Source: Planctomycetota bacterium
Lineage (GTDB): Bacteria > Planctomycetota > SZUA-567 > H5-PLA8
Assembly: GCA_045863855.1 (NCBI GenBank)
Contig: BTVV01000092.1
Coordinates: 1 to 24,772 of the forward strand
Length of the DNA: 24,772 nt
Reading direction: 5' to 3'
Below, piece by piece: positions 1 to 6,211 of this stretch. Below the pieces are notes generated by a model. The model was not told the origin of the DNA. It ran no database searches and saw only the letters and a list, made by a program, of their open reading frames with translations. Made by a program: the position numbers and the translations under genes. Within the stretch, counting starts at the first letter, position 1; every line of letters starts with the position of its first letter.

Positions 1-16
1 CGCTTCGCATCGTGAA

Positions 17-32
17 TGTTCCACGTGGAACA
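17..32. promoter_or_regulatory. parS: parS site (ParB-binding centromere-like palindrome)
   Basis: Perfect palindrome TGTTCCACGTGGAACA matching the canonical parS consensus TGTTNCACGTGNAACA; the palindrome extends to AATGTTCCACGTGGAACATT (15-34). Confidence 0.93.
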
Positions 33-166
33 TTTGCGTTTTTGTTATGGCCTCCGCACGCCCCACCGATCTGCTGTGATAATCGCCCGCTTTTTCCAAA
101 ACGATCCGCGCCAGCCGCGAGCGGCACGCGGCGCCAAGGCTGCTGCGAAGATGGCCGCCGCCGGCC

Positions 167-925
167 TTACGCGCTCGTTCTCGCGAAGTAATCCTTGATA
201 TCGTCGACCGCGGGCACGCCGGCAACGATCACCAGCACCACGGCCAACGGAACCGTCATCGCATAACCCAGCCGCTCGAACCCGAGGGCGCCGACGATCC
301 CGCCTACGAAAAACGCCAGCACCAGCAGCGAAAGCACCAGCAAACGCTCCCGGTCGGCAACCACTCGCAGGGCTGGATCCTTCACGGTGCGATTCCAATA
401 CACCAGCTTCCCGATCTCGATGCCCATATCCGTGATCAGACCCGTCACATGCGTGGTCCGGATCACGGAATTGGATACCTTGGTAATCACGGCGTTCTGA
501 AGTCCCATCATGAAACACAGCAGCGCCACCGTGCCCGGCACGAAGAGGCCTTGCACCCCATGGAGCTGCGCGCCGATCACGCCGAAAAGAAGCAGCAGCG
601 CGGCTTCGAGCAGCAGCGGCAAGGCAAACTGGCTCTTTAAATGCCGGCGCTTGGCGAAATTCACCAGGATGGCCGTCGTCGTGGCGCCGAGTAAAAACGA
701 GAGCAGCGCACCCGACGCATTCAAGACCAGCCGGTAGTCCCCGAGAACCAGGTTATCGGCCATCGACGAGACTATTCCGGTCATGTGCGAGGTGTATTGC
801 TTGACCGTTAGGTACGCCCCCGCGTTGGCGGCCCCGGCAATGAAGGCCAAAGTCCAACCCAGATGCCGGTCGGCGCGAGCCGTACGTTCCTTCCCGGCCA
901 AGCCGCGTGCGTAATGAATAGGCAT
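167..925 (-). CDS. YoaK/DUF1275 family multi-pass membrane protein
   Basis: Motifs LAFIAGAANAG, YTSHMTG, MGLQNA and IRTTHVTGLITD are characteristic of DUF1275; several hydrophobic helices. ATG at 925 follows a GGGAGA RBS (the ORF track starts at 946). Confidence 0.9.
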   Translation of the reverse strand: MPIHYARGLAGKERTARADRHLGWTLAFIAGAANAGAYLTVKQYTSHMTGIVSSMADNLVLGDYRLVLNASGALLSFLLGATTTAILVNFAKRRHLKSQFALPLLLEAALLLLFGVIGAQLHGVQGLFVPGTVALLCFMMGLQNAVITKVSNSVIRTTHVTGLITDMGIEIGKLVYWNRTVKDPALRVVADRERLLVLSLLVLAFFVGGIVGALGFERLGYAMTVPLAVVLVIVAGVPAVDDIKDYFARTSA

Positions 926-1039
926 ACCGAATTCTCCCGGCCGCAACCACCTCGACTGGAATCTTGAATCTTAAGCGCTCGGCCGCTCAACCGCGAGCGG
1001 CGGCAAGGGCCCTGCAACGCCCCGCACGCACCATGCGAA

Positions 1040-1055
1040 CGTTCCACGTGGAACA
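1040..1055. promoter_or_regulatory. parS: second parS site
   Basis: CGTTCCACGTGGAACA, 15/16 identical to the first site; intergenic. Confidence 0.88.
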
Positions 1056-1160
1056 TTTGCCCTTTTCAAGCGACGGCCAATCACCCGCCCCCGCGTCGCT
1101 TGCTTTTGAACACCGCTCGCGGCAGAACCCAAGGCGGGTGAGCCACCGGGGAAACCGAAA

Positions 1161-2870
1161 ATGCCTACACTTCGCGACAAAGCCGTGCGCCATCTGGCGC
1201 GGCATACCGAAGAGATCCTCTCGAAACAGGATGAGCACGGCGTCTTCTGGCCCGATGCGTATTACAAAGCCGAGTTCAACACCGACTACCAGCAGTTCGC
1301 GTTCTATCCTCTCGCGTGGCTCTATACGCTCGAGCATCCCGACAACCCCTGGCGCGGAAGCGAACGCCTCCTGCGCGCCGTCGAGAAAAGCCTGCGCAAC
1401 AATTTGGCGATCCTCCTTCCCGACGGCCAGTTCCAGATGTCCACGCACGATCACGGCCCGCACCCGCACGCGAACAACTGGCGCAGCTTCCATTGGCTGC
1501 GCACGCTGGAGCTGATCGGCTCCCATCTGGACAAGCAGCTTGTCGCCGACTGCGAAGCCGGTTTGCGCCGGGCGCTCAACGCCGTCGAGAAAACCGCCCG
1601 CGGCCAGGCCGCAAGCGCCGACTTTTGTGCGCGCCACAACGCCGCGAACCACCCCGCGTGGTACATGCTCGCCACGTACGTGCTCTCGAGAAAGTTTGGC
1701 TTGGAGGATAAGGCGGCATGGGCGCGCGAGCAGCTCGAACGCATCTGCGCCGCGCAACATCCGGCGGGGCTTTGGTACGAACACGATGGCCCCGCGGTCG
1801 TCTATCAGCACATCACCATGAGCGCGCTTTCGCATTACCACGCGCTGACGCAAGCCCCCACCGCGCGCGAAGCCCTGCGCCGCAGCCTCGCATACTATCG
1901 CGTCGGAACCTATCCGAACGGGCATCCCGCCGAAGTCCTCGACGGGCGCGTCCGCTACACCGGCTACGTCCTCTCCATGCCGCCGGCCACTTGGGCGCTG
2001 GACCCCGACGGGTGCGCGTACCTGCATTTCATCCTCGACAAGCTGCTCGAACAGCCGCTGGGCGCGGGGCATCAGGTTCACGGCGGCTGGCTCGGCCTGC
2101 CGTTCTTCACGCAGTTCGCGCGGGATCTGCCCGACTGTGAGGATTTCGCCGGCGGCACGGCGCTGGCCGGTCCCGGCCTGCACGAGCTGCCCGGCCTACC
2201 CGTCTGCTCCATTCAGCGCGGCCCCTGGACCGTCTGGCTCAGCGGCTTCACGCGTCCCGCGCAACCCCGCGGACGCTGGACACTCGACTTTCAAACGCAC
2301 CTCTCGGTCTTCCACGCCGAACGCGGCCTGATCTTCGGCGGCGGCGGGAGCAAGCGCCAAGCGGCGCTCTCGCTTTTTACCGGCGGTTCGCGCCCGCTCG
2401 GACTGCCGTGTCTGGCCCTGAACGGCACCGTCGAGAAGCGTGGAGGCGCAGGCGCGGAATTGCGCCTCGATTACTCCGGCTTCCGTGCCCGCCTGCGCGC
2501 CGAGGTCACCGATACCGAAGTTACGCTCGAAGCCCAAGCCGATCCGCTGCTCGGCAGCCCGTCCGCCGAACCGATCTACTGGCAGCTTCCGTTCTTGCTG
2601 AAAGGCCCGGGCCACGTCCGCACCGAGCACGACGAAGTCGCGGAGCTGGACATCCTGAACGAGCTGCTTCCTCAGCACATCGGCTCGTACTTGGGGCGCG
2701 TGGGCAAGTTCCGGGCGTCCGGATTCTCCGGCGCGCACGCGGTCCTGCACGTGCTCCCGTACAACACGCACTGGCGCGACGGGCGCTACACGCCCGAAAA
2801 GGCGCTGGGCATCGTCGCCCAACCGCTTCAGCCCGGCGTCCCGCGGAAACTTACGATCCGCGCGGAATAA
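1161..2870 (+). CDS. hypothetical 569-aa protein; probable (alpha/alpha) toroid plus beta-sandwich, heparinase II/III / alginate-lyase-like architecture
   Basis: Long ORF with GC-typical codon usage. The helical N-half has ANHPAWY and GLWYEHDGPAVVYQHITMSAL, resembling the N-H and G-x-W-x-E-x-G-x-x-Y motifs of toroid lyases; the C-half is beta-rich. No signal peptide. Function is inference. Confidence 0.55.
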   Translation: MPTLRDKAVRHLARHTEEILSKQDEHGVFWPDAYYKAEFNTDYQQFAFYPLAWLYTLEHPDNPWRGSERLLRAVEKSLRNNLAILLPDGQFQMSTHDHGPHPHANNWRSFHWLRTLELIGSHLDKQLVADCEAGLRRALNAVEKTARGQAASADFCARHNAANHPAWYMLATYVLSRKFGLEDKAAWAREQLERICAAQHPAGLWYEHDGPAVVYQHITMSALSHYHALTQAPTAREALRRSLAYYRVGTYPNGHPAEVLDGRVRYTGYVLSMPPATWALDPDGCAYLHFILDKLLEQPLGAGHQVHGGWLGLPFFTQFARDLPDCEDFAGGTALAGPGLHELPGLPVCSIQRGPWTVWLSGFTRPAQPRGRWTLDFQTHLSVFHAERGLIFGGGGSKRQAALSLFTGGSRPLGLPCLALNGTVEKRGGAGAELRLDYSGFRARLRAEVTDTEVTLEAQADPLLGSPSAEPIYWQLPFLLKGPGHVRTEHDEVAELDILNELLPQHIGSYLGRVGKFRASGFSGAHAVLHVLPYNTHWRDGRYTPEKALGIVAQPLQPGVPRKLTIRAE

Positions 2871-2885
2871 CGCCTAAGCGCCTTT

Positions 2886-2920
2886 AAAACAGAAAGGGCA
2901 GGCCGCATGCGGCCTGCCCT
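2886..2920 (-). terminator. intrinsic terminator of the Hsp20 operon (possibly bidirectional)
   Basis: Perfect inverted repeat AGGGCAGGCCGC-AT-GCGGCCTGCCCT (2895-2920), followed on the minus strand by TTCTGTTTT; lies between convergent genes. Confidence 0.8.
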
Positions 2921-2947
2921 CGCGGCACGGAAGCCGCCGCGGTCCGG

Positions 2948-3424
2948 TCAGCCGTTCCTGACTTCGATCCGCTTCGCCGAAGTGCTTGGAAGCTTGGGCA
3001 GCTTCACCGTCAGCACGCCATTCTTGTGTTCGGCGGCGATCTTCCCTTCGTCCACGTCCTCGGCCAGCGGCACGCTGCGCGCGAACCGTCCGTACCGGCA
3101 TTCGGTCCGGCGCATTCCGCCTTCGTCCTTCGTGGCCTCCTGCTTCTTCTCGCCCGAAACCGTCAGCACGCCGTCGTGCAACTCGACGTGGATGTCCTTC
3201 GCGTCCACGCCCGGAAGCTCGGCGCGCACCGTGTACGCTTGGGCATCTTCCTTCACATCCATCGCGGGGCCCCAGTTCTCGAAGCCCGGCCAGACGGGCT
3301 CGAATCCGGCCCACGGATCTCGGAAGAAGCGGTCAATCACATGGCTCATTTCGTCCTGGAGCCGCTCCACCGGCGCCGGCGCGAGGTCCTCGCGCTTCTT
3401 GGCGCGCCAAGGCAGCAAGTTCAT
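2948..3424 (-). CDS. Hsp20/alpha-crystallin small heat-shock protein
   Basis: PAMDVKED..YTVRAELPGVDAKDIHVEL..GVLTVSGEK, YGRFARSVPL and AEHKNGVLTVKLPK; AAAGGAGG RBS. Confidence 0.95.
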   Translation of the reverse strand: MNLLPWRAKKREDLAPAPVERLQDEMSHVIDRFFRDPWAGFEPVWPGFENWGPAMDVKEDAQAYTVRAELPGVDAKDIHVELHDGVLTVSGEKKQEATKDEGGMRRTECRYGRFARSVPLAEDVDEGKIAAEHKNGVLTVKLPKLPSTSAKRIEVRNG

Positions 3425-3460
3425 GGCATCCTCCTTTCTCGGTGCACCCGCCCCCCGCGC

Positions 3461-3838
3461 TCACCGCGCCTCGATCTCGATGCGGCGCGGCTGCCGGCTC
3501 GCGGGCTTCGGCAGATGCAGGATCAACACGCCGTCCTTCAACTCGCCGGCAATGCGAGCGGCGTCCACGGCCGCATCCGCGATGCGGAATTCGCGCCGGA
3601 AATCGCCCACGCCGTATTCGCCCAAAAGCACCCGGGCCCCCTCCGGATGGCGCTGCGGCACACGCGCCGACACCGTTAACGTGCCCTCGCTGAAATCCAC
3701 CTGCACGTCTCCGGACTTCACGCCCGGCAATTCCGCAACGACGCGGAATTCGTCGGCCGTCTCGATCAAATCCGCTCGCGGCAAGTAGCGCCGCGCCGCC
3801 TCGGTTCCCGCCGGAACTTCGCACGCTTGCTGGCTCAT
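3461..3838 (-). CDS. Hsp20/alpha-crystallin small heat-shock protein
   Basis: PRADLIET..FRVVAELPGV, GDFRREFRI and GELKDGVLILHLPK..PRRIEI; AAGGAGA RBS. Confidence 0.93.
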   Translation of the reverse strand: MSQQACEVPAGTEAARRYLPRADLIETADEFRVVAELPGVKSGDVQVDFSEGTLTVSARVPQRHPEGARVLLGEYGVGDFRREFRIADAAVDAARIAGELKDGVLILHLPKPASRQPRRIEIEAR

Positions 3839-3870
3839 GGACCGTTCTCCTCTTCTCCTGGGGTGAATGC

Positions 3871-4305
3871 TTACTCGATCGAACGAATCTCGATCTTGCG
3901 CGGCTGGCTGGAAGCAAGCCTGGGCAGGACGACCGAAAGCACGCCGTCCTTCAGCTCAGCGCGCGCCTGCCCGGCATCCAAGTCGGCCGGGAAACGCACC
4001 GTGCGCGAAAATGGACCCAGCGGGCGCTCCCGCCGATGCACCGTGTCTTGCTCACCGAAAGCCGGCTTGTACTCGCCCTTAATCGTCAGCTCGCGCTGAT
4101 GGACGACCAATTCCAGTTCATTCAGCTTCAAACCCGGCAGTTCCGCCTCGACCCGGTAACCCTCCGGCGTTTCCCACACGTTCAAAGCCGGGAACGCACC
4201 CGCGGACGGGCTCCCATTCGCTCCGAAAAAGCCGTGAAATAACCCATCCATCTCGCGCTGAAATTGCGCAAACGGCGAAGCCGTAACCATACGTCGCGTA
4301 AGCAT
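3871..4305 (-). CDS. Hsp20/alpha-crystallin small heat-shock protein
   Basis: FPALNVWET..YRVEAELPG, RRERPLGPFSRTVRFP and AELKDGVLSVVLPR..PRKIEI; AAAGGGG RBS. Confidence 0.94.
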   Translation of the reverse strand: MLTRRMVTASPFAQFQREMDGLFHGFFGANGSPSAGAFPALNVWETPEGYRVEAELPGLKLNELELVVHQRELTIKGEYKPAFGEQDTVHRRERPLGPFSRTVRFPADLDAGQARAELKDGVLSVVLPRLASSQPRKIEIRSIE

Positions 4306-4380
4306 CGCGTGACCCCTTTCATCTCATTCCCGTGCCGCGCCCGCTTACGGCGGACGATTTCAGGCACTCTGAAAGGGGCG

Positions 4381-4397
4381 ATACAAAGCGCGTGCCA
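4381..4397 (-). promoter_or_regulatory. putative sigma54 (RpoN) -24/-12 promoter of the hsp20 operon
   Basis: Minus strand TGGCACGCGCTTTGTAT versus consensus TGGCACGNNNNTTGCW: GG-N10 spacing is correct, with GT in place of GC at -12. Confidence 0.6.
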
Positions 4398-4423
4398 TCC
4401 AGGTGCACCCTGAGCGGACACGC

Positions 4424-4436
4424 TAATGCCTTGAAT
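4424..4436 (-). promoter_or_regulatory. putative IHF-like bending site
   Basis: Minus strand ATTCAAGGCATTA versus WATCAANNNNTTR (one mismatch), inside an AT-rich patch just upstream of the -24 element. Confidence 0.4.
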
Positions 4437-4485
4437 TTTCTTGAGTTAAATCAGACACAGGAATCGAGGGGCTCAGCAAGCCCAA

Positions 4486-4516
4486 GTCAAAGTGACCGGC
4501 CATGGGTCAGTTTGAA
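4486..4516. promoter_or_regulatory. putative tandem enhancer (UAS) sites for a sigma54 activator
   Basis: GTCA-AAG-TGAC (4486-4496) and GTCA-GTT-TGAA (4506-4516), 20 bp apart and about 90-120 bp upstream of the -24 element. Confidence 0.4.
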
Positions 4517-4540
4517 ACGGTGGCCGCCGTCAGCTCGAGG

Positions 4541-5665
4541 TCAACGCGCCATTTCGCGCATAATGTGCAGGCCCGCCTCCAGCTTGGCGTCGGGTGCGGC
4601 GAAGGATATACGGAAATGGGTATCGCGCTCGGAGAAGACATTACCCGGCACCAGAAGCAACTCTCGGCGCACGGCTTCTTCGACGAATGCTTGCCCGCTC
4701 GGGTATTGGGACGGCACGCGAGGGAATAAATAAAACGCGCCGCCGGGCTCGTTGACTTCGTAGCCGGCCGAACGCAGCCCCTGGACCATAAAGTCGCGCT
4801 TCTGACGGTAGAGCGGCACCGCCGCGGAGAGATCGGACTTGAAGGCCGAAAGCGCGGCCTTCTGGGCGAAACTCGGCGCGCAAACAAACGTGAACTGCTG
4901 CAGTTTGGTCATCTGATCGACCAGTACCTTCGGGCCGGCCGCCCACCCCACCCGCCAACCGGTCATAGATGCGGTCTTCGAGAGCCCGCTCAACGAAACG
5001 GTCCCTTCCGGATACCAAGCCAGCAGACTTCGGTCGGGACGGCCGCCGTACGTAAACAGCTCGTAGATTTCGTCGCTGATCAGCACCAATCCCTTGCGGC
5101 GCGCGAATGCCGCCAGTTCGCGCTTGGTGGAATCGTCCAGGCACGCACCGGTCGGATTACCCGGCGACATCGCCAGGATCACTTTCGTGCGCGAAGTGAC
5201 GAGCTGCTCCAGCACCGGGACATTCACGGTGAAGTTCGGATAGGTGTCGTAATAGACGGGCACGCCGCCGCACAATCCCGTGAGGTGCTTGTAGCTGACG
5301 AAGTACGGATCGGGGACCAGAACTTCGTCGCCGGGATTGACGAGCGCCATCAGCGCAAGGGTCAGCCCGCCGCTGACGCCGCTGGTGATCAACACGTCTT
5401 CGGGCCGCATGCCGTGCAGCTTTTCGAAGCGGTCGAGGACGGCCTTGCGCAGTTCCGGGATGCCGCCGGAAGGCGTGTAGCGGTTAAACCCTTCGCGCAG
5501 CGCGGCGGCGGCGGTTTCTTTGACGGGTTCGGGCACGTCGAAATCGGGCTGGCCGATCGAGAGGTTGACCGGATCCTTCAACGTCGCGGCGAGATCGAAA
5601 ATCTTGCGAATGCCCGAGGCTTCCAGCCCCGCCGCACGCTGCGCCACCAGACGAGCCCAATCCAT
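4541..5665 (-). CDS. PLP-dependent aminotransferase class I/II (aspartate aminotransferase-like)
   Basis: NLSIGQPDF, YTPSGGIPELR, SPGNPTG, LISDEIY, SKTASMTGWRVG (PLP lysine) and GAFYLF; GAGGAGG RBS. Confidence 0.95.
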   Translation of the reverse strand: MDWARLVAQRAAGLEASGIRKIFDLAATLKDPVNLSIGQPDFDVPEPVKETAAAALREGFNRYTPSGGIPELRKAVLDRFEKLHGMRPEDVLITSGVSGGLTLALMALVNPGDEVLVPDPYFVSYKHLTGLCGGVPVYYDTYPNFTVNVPVLEQLVTSRTKVILAMSPGNPTGACLDDSTKRELAAFARRKGLVLISDEIYELFTYGGRPDRSLLAWYPEGTVSLSGLSKTASMTGWRVGWAAGPKVLVDQMTKLQQFTFVCAPSFAQKAALSAFKSDLSAAVPLYRQKRDFMVQGLRSAGYEVNEPGGAFYLFPRVPSQYPSGQAFVEEAVRRELLLVPGNVFSERDTHFRISFAAPDAKLEAGLHIMREMAR

Positions 5666-5710
5666 GCGCTACCTCCTCAAAGCCGAACGGAGTGTAACGC
5701 AGCTGAAACG

Positions 5711-6058
5711 TTAGGCCAGCGCTCCGAGGAAAACGAGGAACACCAAACAAGCTTCCACGCCCAAGGTCATCAGCGCGGCCGCGGGCCAGTGGTCTTGTTC
5801 GTGGATGTCGTACGCTCGATACGCCAGCCAGCCCGACCACCCCATGAACACCATCGCCGTGGCGGCCGTGAAGCCGCGCACGGTCAGGCTATCCGGCGCT
5901 TCCGGCGTGGCGCTGAAGGTCCACCCCAGCAATACCAGGAGCGGCACGAAGGCGAGGAGCGCGACGAGCGTGGCGCTTTTTCCGAAATGGCTGGCCTCGC
6001 GCGGCGCATGCCACGGCGGCGGTTCTCCGGGACGCCAGTCTTTGCCGTCGAAGTACAT
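5711..6058 (-). CDS. small hypothetical membrane protein (about 3 TM helices)
   Basis: ATG at 6058 follows a GGAGA RBS; three hydrophobic segments; co-oriented with the aminotransferase and 45 bp upstream of it. Confidence 0.6.
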   Translation of the reverse strand: MYFDGKDWRPGEPPPWHAPREASHFGKSATLVALLAFVPLLVLLGWTFSATPEAPDSLTVRGFTAATAMVFMGWSGWLAYRAYDIHEQDHWPAAALMTLGVEACLVFLVFLGALA

Positions 6059-6130
6059 GGCGATTCTCCGGTCCGGCCCCATTGGGTATACCAGAACCAA
6101 GCAAGGGAGCTTCTATTACACAAAATCCCA

Positions 6131-6179
6131 AAATAATTTGGCCGTGCGGCGCTTCTTTACGCCGCACGGCCAAGTATTT
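6131..6179 (-). terminator. intrinsic terminator-like hairpin downstream of the metalloprotease gene
   Basis: 14-bp perfect stem TTGGCCGTGCGGCG / CGCCGCACGGCCAA (6138-6173) with an 8-nt loop and AT-rich flanks (minus strand continues ATTATTTT). Confidence 0.7.
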
Positions 6180-6211
6180 CACACGGCATCAACAATGGCA
6201 CGCGTCCCCGC

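Noticed and set aside
16..198. ORFs starting MFHVEH/MFHVER (16..198 +, 808..1056 -; 964..1515 + also contains FHVEH)
   Set aside because: These peptides are simply translations of the parS palindrome and have no other coding support.
4306..4390. CIRCE operator or ROSE thermometer upstream of the hsp20 operon
   Set aside because: Only a GGCACTC half-site is present, with no GAGTGC partner at 9-bp spacing, and I saw no U(U/C)GCU motif pairing with the RBS.
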